64,000 nt of DNA from Selaginella moellendorffii (lineage: Eukaryota; Plantae; Lycopodiophyta): NCBI RefSeq assembly GCF_000143415.4, contig NW_003314275.1, positions 2,399,419 through 2,463,418 of the forward strand, read 5' to 3'. Each line of letters starts with the position of its first letter. Position 1 is the first letter of the stretch. This document shows positions 40,286 to 51,417 of this stretch, piece by piece. Below the pieces are notes generated by a model. That model saw only the letters and a program-made list of their open reading frames with translations. It was not told the DNA's origin and ran no database searches. A program made the translations under genes and the position numbers.

Positions 40286-43030
40286 TCAGACTGTTATTTT
40301 TTGCCTCCAACGCCTATACAATAATCTTGGAATTTCATCACTCTCCACACTATCAGGATTTAAACCCAATAGTAATGCCATCTCTTCTCTAATACGTCCA
40401 CGCTCATGTTCAGTGGTCGAAGAACCCATCCGGTTGAGCAGATTATGGAGATGCGGATAGTGCTTGGCTAGACAATATACATGCCATAAATGATGACTGG
40501 TGTCTGTCCGATCAAATGGCTTCTGATATACCGTTCCATCTGCCATTTGGTTGATTTCTGTAGCCACCTCCTGGACTGGCCGGTTCTCTATCACCATCGC
40601 TTCAAGCCGTTTTGCAAGGTCCCCCAAAACATACGGTTTTTTCTCCCTAGTTTCCATACTGCAAGAGATGGGGTGCACTGCATATGTGTGCGTGTTCGCT
40701 GCAGTTTTAATCGGCGAGTCATCGATGATGAGGATTTCACTTGACCTAGCAGTCCGGTTCATCACTACAGCCTCTGGCTTGACGAAGATGGGCTTGCTAC
40801 CCCTCACATGGACCATAGTTAAGCAATCCTCCTGCGTTAGGAGAAAGTCAAATGGTAATATTACTCGCGTCTGATCGTGTATCATCTGTAGCAACGTTAA
40901 TGCATTGTGGCGCATCATGGATGTCCAAACTCCCAATTGCAAATTGAACCCGGCCCTCTGTTTTAAGTGTCGCATGGTCATTATTAGATCCCGCAGTTTC
41001 TCCCGTGTGATTAATGTGAATCTATCTCTTTTGACCAACTTGCGACCGCAGGCTTTGGAGGGTGTAGTGACATTTGAGGACGAGCCACGCTCATGGGAGA
41101 AAAGGACACCGTTCAGATCAAAAATGATACAGTACTTTCGCCGTGACTCTGAAATGAAATGCGTCAGCATAAAAAATGGTACAAGTCAATTTTACCATCT
41201 ACAATATTAGCGAATGGTGCTCCCGATGGTCGTTCAGAGGGTTTTGGTCGAGGAAACGTGAAGGGCGGAAATACTCTCCTCTACAATGTGGGGTCAATCG
41301 CATCCGATGGCGTGTGGGCACATGCCATTTCAGCTGTAGACTCTGGTACAACTGGCTCAACAGTGGCATGGGGTGGTTCCGATGGCGTGTGATCACACGC
41401 CATTTCAGCTGGTGCCTCTGTTGGCAAAGTGGACATGACTGAACAGGCAGCAGGGGCGGTGTAGGGAGGTTCCAACGGCACGTAGTCAGACGATTGGGCA
41501 CACGTTGAGTCCGTTGGAAATGAGGATACGACCGGCTCGGCGGCTGGGGCAGCCTCATGCGGGTCCAATGGCGCCTGGTCACCGTCAGTTGGATACGTGG
41601 ACAAGATTGACTCAGTGGTATGGGCAGCATCAAGTGGAGCGTGGTCAGCTTGCTTGGCGTTGATATGGATAGTAGCCTCCACCAGCTCTGATGACTCTTG
41701 CAAGCAAGTAGAGTCCACTGGCGGATCCATATGCATGTCCAAATATCTCCCTTCGATTGAGATGGTATCCTCCCTACTGGCTACTAAAAACAAACTCATT
41801 AGCACATTGAATCGACTATACTGTATTTACCATCAACTGCTATTGGGCGCACTGCTGATTCTGAAGGATTGGACATACGTTTCGACCCTTGCTTGGCACT
41901 ATCCTTCCTCGACACTAAAGGCTAGAGTTTGTATCTTAATTCAACTGAATAATCTCTACTTACCATTTCTTCTGCGACCTACATGGACAATGTTAGAAAT
42001 GGTAAAAGGTTAGGAATGGATGTACTATTATTTACCTGATGGTTTGTCTTGTATGACCTTCCTCCGCTGCTCTTTGGCCACCTCAGGCTGGCCATCGTCG
42101 TCATCATCGTCATCGTCGTTATTGTGATCGTCACCATTGTGAGGACCATCCAAGTCCTCTTCGTCCTCCTCTTCTTCGTCCTCCTCTTCTTTGTCCTCCT
42201 CTTCGTCCTTCTGCTCTTCTTGCTCATTATCTTTCTCTGGCTCCTCATCCCCCTCCTGCATTTCTTCCATAGGCTGCTCAGGCTGGATGGCTTGTTCTTC
42301 CAGGACCATCTTGGGAAAATCATCTGGCCGAGTCTCCATCTCAAAATACAAGACATCCATAGCCTGTTTCAGTGCTTGACCTAGGACCGTATCCTCACCC
42401 GACTGTCTTAACATGGTTTCTGCACGTTCTTGCACCCTTCGAAGACGACGAGATGAGAAAAACGTGGCCCTGACTTGAAAAGCATCCCTCATCCATTGTA
42501 CCTCTCCATTGAGATTGGGGAAGGGGAGTCCGCCATAGGAATCTGAGTCAGGAGGTGGTGACTGGCTCCTTTCACTCAGCCCTTGATCTGCAATGAATGG
42601 CATGAGCACACACGCCATAACCGCGAGGCATTACCTATCATCTTTTCGTTGCCCTTCTTCCTTTTCGAATCAAACGCCTCTGATCCCGACGATTGTCCAA
42701 CGTGCTTTCGCTTTTTATGACCACTGTCAGTTTGAGCTTGACTGGTGCTTGCCTGTTTTGCCTTTGAAGAAGTGTCTCCTGCAAGGAATGGCATGAGACC
42801 ACACGCCATTGCAAATATAATTTGTACCTCCTTTTTTCCTATTGCTTGTCTGTTTGTCCTTCTTCGACGCGCCACCAGTGCGCTTTTCAGTCCTCGTGTC
42901 TGAATATTCAAAACGATCTATAATCAAAATGGCATGAGGCCTCACGTGACCTTACCTTGTGCAGGTTGTGAGCTCGGCCTAACATCAGTAGTTGTTAACG
43001 CCGTTTCAGCATCTGGGGGTGGCCACGCTC
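40286..43030 (-). CDS. Spliced cargo gene (3' part): basic, acidic and low-complexity linker exons ending in an FCP1/SCP (NIF)-like HAD phosphatase domain; one premature TAG at 41281-41283
   Basis: Exons 43030-42956, 42899-42828, 42778-42635, 42587-42036, 41978-41964, 41914-41831, 41783-41196 and 41148-40286 are joined by seven GT-AG introns of 47-57 nt, all phase 1. Last exon has IIFDLNGVL, GVWTS, TQEDC, KPIFVK and LIIDDSPIK. Confidence 0.8.
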
Positions 43031-43099
43031 CTGCATACAGAGCTTGTGAGATAACATTTAAACTTAAAGTGTGTATTCATCAAGTTCGCAGAGAAGATA

Positions 43100-45622
43100 C
43101 TATTTTTCTTTGGCAACTGTAATTATATGCTCCATTGAAGTCACCTCTTCAATGGAGTTTGTCACCGCAACACACGGGACACCCTTGAGTAGTGCGGCTC
43201 GAAAGAATAGTCCGCCGCAGTTGTACTCGACAATGCATTTGCCCTTGGTGTCACCCGCTATTGCGTTGAAGACCCAGCTGAGCATTTCCCATGCTGCACC
43301 TGGAGCTTTCTTTGGATTCGAAAGCTCTATAGCCGTTTTCAGTTCCTCAGGCACGGGTAAATTGACCTCCCTTAGATCAATTCGATCGGCCTTGTCGAAC
43401 GAAGCTGGGAAGTCACTCCAGTCCCACTCTGCTGCAGGACCAATAACAAGGGCGAGTGTGAAGATACGGACATTCGTCGGTATCTTCTTCTTAGCCATTA
43501 TCCCATGTATCTCCCGCATCTCCTTGCCTTTCAACCGAGCCTTCACCTCGTTCAAGGCCTTCCAGAAATTGTGATAGGATTCGGAGTCGTAGATCATATA
43601 GTGGACTGAAGATTCCACCTCCGCAAGTCCCACCATTAAGTCAATGATGGAGCTGACTTCGTCTGCATGAGTGATCTCTTCGTTTGTGAAGTCCATCACA
43701 CAAAAGATGTTCTTGACCTGCTCATCTCCGCGGGAAACGATACTCCTCCACCTTTGATCCTCATCCGAATTCACGTATACCCGGTAAGGTTCTCGATAGG
43801 CCTCTGCTGCGGGGTCGAGCTGTTTCTGAAGCCGGCGGTCGACATCCCTCTTAATGAAATTTGGATACTGATCCAACTTCTCAGCTTTACTTTTCGTGGC
43901 ATCCCGCAGCAGATCGATGAACTTGGGGGCCCCCTTCACGTACTCGTCGATGTCTTCATTTGACAACTCCAGCTCTTCCATCATCTTTTGCGTGGTATCG
44001 ATGCTCACCCTCTCCACGGCCACTTGCTCGAAGATCCAATCCTTCAATAGCGCACAAGCTCTCAGAGTCGTGCACAAGTCCTCGTATGTCACAATATGGC
44101 CGGGAGTCATTTTGGTCTTGTTGAAGACTACCTCACCACGTAGAAGAGCATTAGCCACTGTCAGAAGGTCGTCGTCGTCTAGAGACCGCGAGAAATGCAA
44201 GGCGTTGAGCTTCAAATCATTGGGCTTCCGGCCGTCCTCCACACCCATTGAGTTTAGCAACTCCCCGTCATGGTACCTCCTCAGCACATCTACCCATTTG
44301 TCAAAAACAACTTTTGTCGCGAGTAGAATGTTATGGATGCTGAGTGTGTCATTGACCCCCAGTGTTTTCGAGAGAAGACTCGAGAATTCTTGCAATGGAA
44401 ATGGCGTGAGGCCACATGCTATGCCACATGCAACGAGGCTTACCTGCCAGGCGCTAGTTGCTAGTGCACGTCCTTGTCCTGGTTTTTGTGGCTTCTTCAG
44501 TTGAACCCAGAGCTTCCGTGTTCGTGCCAATGTCTCGTGCAGACCCGATTTGTAGCACGTTTCTTGCTTGACATTCTGCGTGTGGGAGATGGATATGATA
44601 GATCGGAGGGGCGAGTTGCCTTTTATCAGGCGGACAACTCTTGTCTTGAAGACTTTCTTCACCTCCTCGCCCACCATAATATCCAGAACTATCTCTTGCA
44701 TCGCCAAGCTAGAATGCTGCCCAGAGACGGCATAGAACCGGATGTTCTGATCGTCCAACACCTTCCTATTGATCAAGTTTGGAAACCTCGTCTCGCCCTT
44801 CATTGTTTGGTAGTAGGGGATCACGTCTGCGATGTCGGGTGTTACTGGACTTGCCAGCATCTTCTGCTTTAGTTTCTCCACCCACTCATCAGATACTAGC
44901 CTGTGGTTGTATTTGCTTTGGATGTCGATACGGCTCACGTCGATTGTATATACTTTGTTGGAATAGTAACAAGTACTATTATCTGCAATGATTTTTGCTG
45001 CCTCTTCTTGCTCTTTCTGCTCTTTGTGGCTCTTCTTTTTGGTGGGTGTAGTGTTCGAACCCGAGGCAATGGCATCACTGAGTAGCTTCTTTTTTGGAGC
45101 AGCAGAGTCGGACGTCGGCTTGAGCTTGACCACCCTTTTTTGCTTCGGGGTAGTTTCCAGATCAACCCCCTTCCCCTTCGCTTCGCGAACTGGAGGCACT
45201 CTCAACGGCTCAATGTTGGAATATAGTTTTTGAACATCGCCGTAGGTGAGGTCTGTGGATTCCATGTGATCTTCATAGACCCGAAGCGTCTTTGAAATTG
45301 TGGGCCTCCTGGATAACCTCTCCCTAGCTCCCTCTAGGAATTCCTCATAGCCGCTGCCCCCCTCCGGGAAGCCGCTAGGATGTGCAAGGTGGATCTTGAA
45401 GACGGACGCTGTCTCTACCACAAGTGCCAGTCCATATTCTTGCATGGAACTGCATGGAGTGTCTGTCACTTGGATGAGGATCCCCATGCATTCTTTTCTC
45501 CCACCATCTGTGTTGTACAGCATCAGATCCTCGCCTTCCATCCTGAAAGTCCAACTGGTGAGCTCCTCCCCCTTCTTTGCATCCACATTGACTATGGCTG
45601 GAAGAAGAACACAATTCCTCGC
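43100..45622 (-). CDS. Cargo protein (~840 aa): ParB/Srx-like domain plus C-terminal degenerate beta-class DNA amino-methyltransferase-like domain; 5' end unresolved
   Basis: Long open frame. IDVSRIDI...NHRLVSDEWVEKLKQKM...FYAVSGQHSSLA...SHTQN (~44960-44500) is ParB-like. IFCVMDFTN...NPKKAP...MLSWVFNAI...KCIVEYNCGGLFFRAALLKGVPCVAV (~43790-43103) parallels N6/N4-MTase motif order IV...X-I-II. Probable acceptor at 45623. Confidence 0.7.
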   Translation of the reverse strand, partial: ARNCVLLPAIVNVDAKKGEELTSWTFRMEGEDLMLYNTDGGRKECMGILIQVTDTPCSSMQEYGLALVVETASVFKIHLAHPSGFPEGGSGYEEFLEGARERLSRRPTISKTLRVYEDHMESTDLTYGDVQKLYSNIEPLRVPPVREAKGKGVDLETTPKQKRVVKLKPTSDSAAPKKKLLSDAIASGSNTTPTKKKSHKEQKEQEEAAKIIADNSTCYYSNKVYTIDVSRIDIQSKYNHRLVSDEWVEKLKQKMLASPVTPDIADVIPYYQTMKGETRFPNLINRKVLDDQNIRFYAVSGQHSSLAMQEIVLDIMVGEEVKKVFKTRVVRLIKGNSPLRSIISISHTQNVKQETCYKSGLHETLARTRKLWVQLKKPQKPGQGRALATSAWQVSLVACGIACGLTPFPLQEFSSLLSKTLGVNDTLSIHNILLATKVVFDKWVDVLRRYHDGELLNSMGVEDGRKPNDLKLNALHFSRSLDDDDLLTVANALLRGEVVFNKTKMTPGHIVTYEDLCTTLRACALLKDWIFEQVAVERVSIDTTQKMMEELELSNEDIDEYVKGAPKFIDLLRDATKSKAEKLDQYPNFIKRDVDRRLQKQLDPAAEAYREPYRVYVNSDEDQRWRSIVSRGDEQVKNIFCVMDFTNEEITHADEVSSIIDLMVGLAEVESSVHYMIYDSESYHNFWKALNEVKARLKGKEMREIHGIMAKKKIPTNVRIFTLALVIGPAAEWDWSDFPASFDKADRIDLREVNLPVPEELKTAIELSNPKKAPGAAWEMLSWVFNAIAGDTKGKCIVEYNCGGLFFRAALLKGVPCVAVTNSIEEVTSMEHIITVAKEK

Positions 45623-47687
45623 CTGTTCAGAAATGCACAACAATTAGAGCTGACAAATGAAAAGCTAGCAGCTGGAAATAACGTGAGGCCACATGCCATT
45701 CACCACTGCATCAGATGTCTTGAGGTTGCATCCTAAGATGGCGTGAGGCTACACGCCATCTGTAACCGGACTGCACTCGAGAGCCTAATCGGTGCATGCC
45801 AATGTTGCTATTGAATGGCATGTGGCCTCATGCCATTTTCTACTTGGCCTAAAAGACTTACCATTTGAAGCCGAATGGAGGCCGTGACAATCGAGGCCGG
45901 ACTCGCTGGCAAATGTGCACTGTGTGTGCAGCGGATCGTAGCAGCAAGGCTACTCTGCCACTTACAGTTGGAGAGTGGCGCTGAAATCTCCCGGGACGCC
46001 AAGTGGGCTGCGTATGGGTGGTGGAGTGGGCGGCGGAGTTACAAACTAGGTGTGTCTTGAAGTGGACGCCGATGCACACGAGCGCGATGCAAGCGCGAGT
46101 GTGATGCAAGCGCGAGTGGACGCCGATGCACACGAGAAACCTGTAGAGAAGTGAGCGTGATCGCGAGTGGGAGCGCGAGCGCGAGCGCGAGTACGAAGCA
46201 AAATGCAAAACCTAACCTCACACGCGCGAAATGTCACAACGGTTGGTAATCCCGCCACGTCATCATTCCTCGGACTTGGGCGCCACCATTAATTTCTGGA
46301 TTGCTGCGCGCATGCAAGCACGCAAAATCCAAAAGAAATCCGGAACGTCATCATTCCTCGGACTGCATGCACGCGAAATCCAAAAGAAAGATCATGATTG
46401 GGATATCATTTAATACCCTTGCTATATTTATACCATGCATGATTGGATATTCCAAAGCATCTTGTATTTCCAAAAATGGCAGATGTTCAGCTAAATAAAG
46501 AAATTCTATCTGTTTCTATTTTTCTCTCAAATCAATATTATAGCGTGTGGGCTCATGCAATTTTGAACCAAAGAAACCCAAAAAACGTTAGACCCAAAAT
46601 ATTTTGAAAAAACCCAAAAAACCCTAAACATTTTAAACCCAAAAATCTAGGCGTCCTGTGGCGTTATTCCTTGAATGGCGTGTGGGCGCATGCCATTTTC
46701 AAGGCCAAATGCTGAATGGAGAAAAATCAAAAACCATAATTGAAAACATTGAAAATGCAAAAAGAAAGGTTTATAATATTTTTGAATTTTAAGCAACCAA
46801 AGGAATGTAAGTAGGGCATGTGTTTGTAAGTTTAAAAATGCCTCAACCACTTAAATTCCCAAGTAAATAAAGCTGTTTCTATTTTTGGTACAGGTAAACT
46901 TTATAGCGTGTGGGCTCATGCAATTTTGAACCCAAAAATGCACCAAAAAATGCTCGACTAGCATTATTCTTTGAATGGCGTGTGGCCTTATATTGCTATA
47001 AATGGACGTACACACAGAGCATAATTATTCCTTTACACGGCGAATAATCTTGGCGCGGATCGCTGACATGGCATGGTAAAGTTCGAATCACTGACATGGC
47101 ACAGCTGGATCGAGGCAAGGACATGATGTGACAAAGTTCAACCTCCGACAGCAAAGTTTAGAAGCTACTCAGTTTGAAATTTGTCAGAGGAGTCATAAGA
47201 TCTGGTTTGTTAGAGGATTTGATGTGACATTCAAGCGTGTGTTATTTTTGAATTCTCGAACTCATTCCTAGGTCTATCATTTTTGTGTGCTGTGTTCTTG
47301 GTTCCGCTGAGCGCAGTGAGCGCTGCTTGTGTAAGCGGCGTTGTGGGCTGTGGTTTATGCGTCTACGAGCGGTTGCGGCATTGCGAGCGCCATTGCGAGC
47401 GGCAGTTTATGCGAGTGGCAGTTTGTGTGAGCGGCGCTACGAGCAATTGCGGTGTTGCGAGCAGCGCTACGAGTAGTTGCGGTGTTGCGAGCGGCACTGT
47501 CTTTGGTGTGGCTACTGCTTCCTCTTGATATTCGGCACTTGTGCTTCCTTGTATGTTCACCATGGAATGGCTTAGGACCACATTTAGAAATGGCATGAGG
47601 CCACATGCCATCTTGGGCCTTTGCAATTTCATGGCTAGCGTATTGTCATGTATGTTTTTACTTGCCTGCAGCTGTGTGTATATCAAG

Positions 47688-48026
47688 ATGGCATGAGGCC
47701 TCATGCCAATTTTGTGAATGCAAAATTTCACGTGGGTGTCAATAGCATATTTGAATAATGGCATGTGGCCTCATGCTATTAAGGTTGTTTGGTATGTTAT
47801 GATTTAGGCCATTCTCCAAGGCAAAAGGAATATAGCAACAGGCTAGCAGGGGCCAAAGATAGCGTGAGGCCTCATGCCATTAGTGGTACCACTAATGGCA
47901 TGAGGGCTCATGCCAATTTTGTGAATGCAAAATTTCACGTGGGTGTCAATAGCATATTTGAATAATGGCATGTGGCCTCATGCTATTAAGGTTGTTTGGT
48001 ATGTTATGATTTAGGCCATTCTCCAA
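47688..48026 (+). repeat. ~130-bp direct duplication (47688-47818 and 47895-48025), each copy carrying two palindromes, upstream of the transposase
   Basis: Near-identical sequence read directly. Confidence 0.9.
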
Positions 48027-48068
48027 TCATTTTTTGTATGGTCTTAACTTCTTTTTTGCACTTTCAGA

Positions 48069-48725
48069 ATGGCCTTTAGGGTTGGGGAAAAGGTTTACAT
48101 TTTGAATGGTGGGAAGAGAGTTGCAAAAGGGACCCTTGTGTCTATGGATCGGAACTTTGTTATACACTGTCAAAGGCTTGGGGAAGGCAATGCTGCTGTA
48201 TCAGTAGAGACTGTCTTCGATGGGAATGTGGTCGCTATTGAACGAGGAGAGATGGTCATCGGGGTAAATGTTGTTGTTGCCTTGAAAAATCTTCAGAAGA
48301 AAGCAAATGTTGGGGACAGCACAAGTGCGACGCATGTTCCCTCCGTGGATCTTAAGAACCGTGCTACATGGATTCAGGCGAAGGTGTTTCTAAACAACCC
48401 CAAGGGGGAGGTGGTAGCTGAGGGCTTAGCCACAGTTGTCAATCCAAGAGATGCGGTTGCTAATCAAGAATTGGGCTGGGATGATATTGGAGTTGCGATT
48501 TTAGAGGTTGTTGACACAGAAGAAAACAGTCTGACTATTGGAAGCATTGTGCGGTGGAAATTGAGGCACTTAGTGTTTGAGAATGTGAAGGATTCACAAT
48601 CAAACACCACTACAACTGATGACAGAACATCTCTTCATGGGAAAAGAAAGTACACCTTCCTAAAGCGCAGCCAAAGGGATCTGAGCAACGAACCGAAAAG
48701 GCAGAAAATGGCGATGGAGGTTTGA
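48069..48725 (+). CDS. N-terminal part of the transposase gene with two tandem Tnp1/En/Spm-like domains; separated from the core by one in-frame TGA
   Basis: VAKGTLVSMD...LGEGNAAVSVETV and VAEGLATVVNP...LGWDDIGVAILEV repeats. Splice acceptor TTTCAG just upstream; same frame as 48726. Confidence 0.65.
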   Translation: MAFRVGEKVYILNGGKRVAKGTLVSMDRNFVIHCQRLGEGNAAVSVETVFDGNVVAIERGEMVIGVNVVVALKNLQKKANVGDSTSATHVPSVDLKNRATWIQAKVFLNNPKGEVVAEGLATVVNPRDAVANQELGWDDIGVAILEVVDTEENSLTIGSIVRWKLRHLVFENVKDSQSNTTTTDDRTSLHGKRKYTFLKRSQRDLSNEPKRQKMAMEV

Positions 48726-51210
48726 ATGGTCTCGACAGTTGCTTGTTGCAAGAGGAGGTGCTGTCAACATGCTGATTGGGATGCTATTGAAAAGGAGAGA
48801 GCAAGATACAAGACATTGTCCTGGAAGGCAGCTCGCAATTTTGTGTATGAGGCATTACGGTCATCTGTTGATGCTTCAGAACATCAGGTGGGGGGCATGG
48901 TCTTCCAGAGGGGTTTGGTCTGCATGAAGGCATGGAGAATCATTTATGGAGTCCCTCGAACCACATTCTACAGAATCAAAATTGAGTTTGAGGAACAAAG
49001 GGTTCAACAGGCAGTCCATGGGAATGACGGTACGCACAAAACCAGGGGTCATGTTGTATATGGAGAAGCAATCTTCAAGTGGTTTGTCGAGACATGTAGC
49101 GAGCAGCAACCACATAAAACCCGCCTCTTGGAAGATGGAACACGAGACACCCAACGAGTTCTCCCTTCCATATATACCAAGGGGGCCATATTGGAAGATG
49201 TGAATCGGGAACTCCAGAGTAATGGCTACAGGAAGCTGAGCCAATCTAGATTTAGTAGATTGTGGAGCAACAGGTTCAGGGATGTGAGTATAGGAAAGTA
49301 CTCCAGCTTTTCAAAGTGTGACGAGTGCACTGCTATCAAAATGGCTTTGTCGAAGAATTCTTGCAGCGCTCAAGAGCGAGAGACGTTGGTTAGAAGGCGG
49401 CTCGACCACAACATCGAGCAGAGAATCTGCAGGACTGCATATTATCATAACAGGATTCTCTCCATGGAGAGACCTGACTCTTACCTCTGCATCATCCACG
49501 ACAAAATGGACCAGAAAAAGACGTGCTTACCTCGACTCAATCCTGCCCCCAAGGCAATATCTTCATCCATGCAGCTGCCTATGTCTCTGTTTGGCATAAT
49601 CGCTCATGGGCATGGTGCCCAGAACTATGGGAACTTCTTTGTACCTCTATGGGGTGGCGGGGGTGCAAACATGATGATTGCGTCCCTAGCAAAACACTTA
49701 AGGTCTCTGCAAAGTGCGCAGACTGAGCTGAACGGCCAACCCTTGCATAAGGCCCTTGTCGATCGAACCCCATACAGGGTTCAGCTGGAGGAGGAGCAAA
49801 GGCTTGCAGTATCGCGTGGGGCCCCATGCCATCCCAGTGAATATGTTGGCCGTCAGATTGTAGGGTTATCACGTGAGGCCTCATGCCATTCCGACGAGGC
49901 TGGTCTCCTGGTGAATGCACAGCCTCATCCAAACGAAGCAGAATCTCAAGGAAGTTCTTGCGACCGATGTGGCCTTCCACCCCATCTTCTGCTCCAAACA
50001 GACAATGCTGGCAGTGAGAACAAAAACATGTACGTCTTCGCGTACTTGGCGATGCTTGTTGCCAAAGGCATATTTGAAACGGTTACACTTGGCTTTCTCA
50101 TTGTTGGGCACACTCATGAAGACGTCGATGCCATGTTCAGTCACCTGGCAGAGTCCCTCCGGCGATCCAATGTCCTCACCCTCCCACAACTCTACGATGA
50201 ATTCCAAAATTGCATCAAAGGCATTGTTGAAGCTGCACTTCTGACAGAGGTTCCAGACTTTAAGGGGTTTGTAAGAGGCTACATCAGGGACGGATCCGAA
50301 ACGCTGATTGGCCACTCCAAGCCTCTTCAGTTTCATTTCAGCATGTGTGACGGTGCTCCAGTGATGAGGTACAAGATGAGAGAATGGGACACAGTGTGGC
50401 TGCCAGTGGACGGCATTGAACTCTTCAAGAGAGATCCCATAACTGGGGAACCTATGATTCCTCAGGGTTCCCCACGGCCGATGCACCCGGATGGACTCAA
50501 AGACCAGGAAAGTATAGTGGCCGGGATTAGACAGCATATTGCCTTCTGGAAGAGGGGGTTGGTGTTTGGTGGAGAATCCTATTTTCAGAGGTGCAAGCCT
50601 TTGCTTGAATACTGGGAGAAGATTATATCTGCTATCCAAAATGGGCCGGTTGTATATGAAGAATTGAAAGAGTCCTTTTGGCCAGAACCCAAAGCACCAG
50701 ATAGTAGCGGAACAATGTCCTCTGGAAATGCAGTGACAGATAACGATGTTGAGGATCACTATTGTGGGCCGAGGAACAAGAAGCCGGATTCAGCATTCAA
50801 TCCAGTACAGGTCTGCAAAGGAATGGTCATGCTTGTCAGACCCAGTAATAAAAAACAAATGATATGGGTGGGGCGCTGCATCACTGATGCAGAGGAGGAC
50901 GCGGAAACTAACTCCTTCAATGTAACTGTGGAGTGGTTCAAGCCAAGTTCCGGATATACGAAGGATTGCCTAGAAAAGAGATGGGTGCTGAATCCAAGGG
51001 ATCCCAGCATGAGCATATCGGTGGATAATGTTGTGCATGGTTGGATGCGAAAGCAGAGTGCCACCATCACCTTGCCAGACCATGCAAGAGATGCAACAAG
51101 AGCATTCATAACCCGGGTTCAAGGTGAGATTCATTAATATTCCTTTACTAAGTTTCTAATGTATTTTATTTCAAGGTGAACAATCCGAATCTGAATCAGA
51201 GGAGGCGTGA
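48726..51210 (+). CDS. Sola-like DDD transposase; probable 52-nt terminal intron 51124-51175 and last exon ending 51210
   Basis: CCKRRC...LVCMKAW Cys cluster, FSKCDEC, IIHDKMDQ, LLQTDNAGSENKN, FLIVGHTHEDVDAMFS. C-terminal beta-rich domain (IWVGR...VEWFKP). Confidence 0.85.
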
Positions 51211-51417
51211 TGGCATGTGGCCTGAGATGATGTGACATATGCATTTACCAATCACACGTGCATAAATCTAATAATATGGCGTGTGGCCCATATTAATGGC
51301 ACATAAACCCATATTGTGGGCTTATGTGCTTTATGTACCATCATTCCCTTGCAGCGTGTGTGTTGGTTTCCTTTTATAACACAACGAACTCCATATTTTA
51401 GGGTGAAGAGTGTTCTC

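Noticed and set aside
45678-47986. Palindromic repeats with spacers resembling a CRISPR array
   Set aside because: Spacing is irregular, some spacers are duplicated, copies lie in introns and exons across 12 kb, there are no cas genes, and the context is eukaryotic.
43896-50759. Antisense ORFs such as 43896-44504 (+) and 49881-50759 (-)
   Set aside because: Shadows of the long genuine ORFs on the opposite strand.
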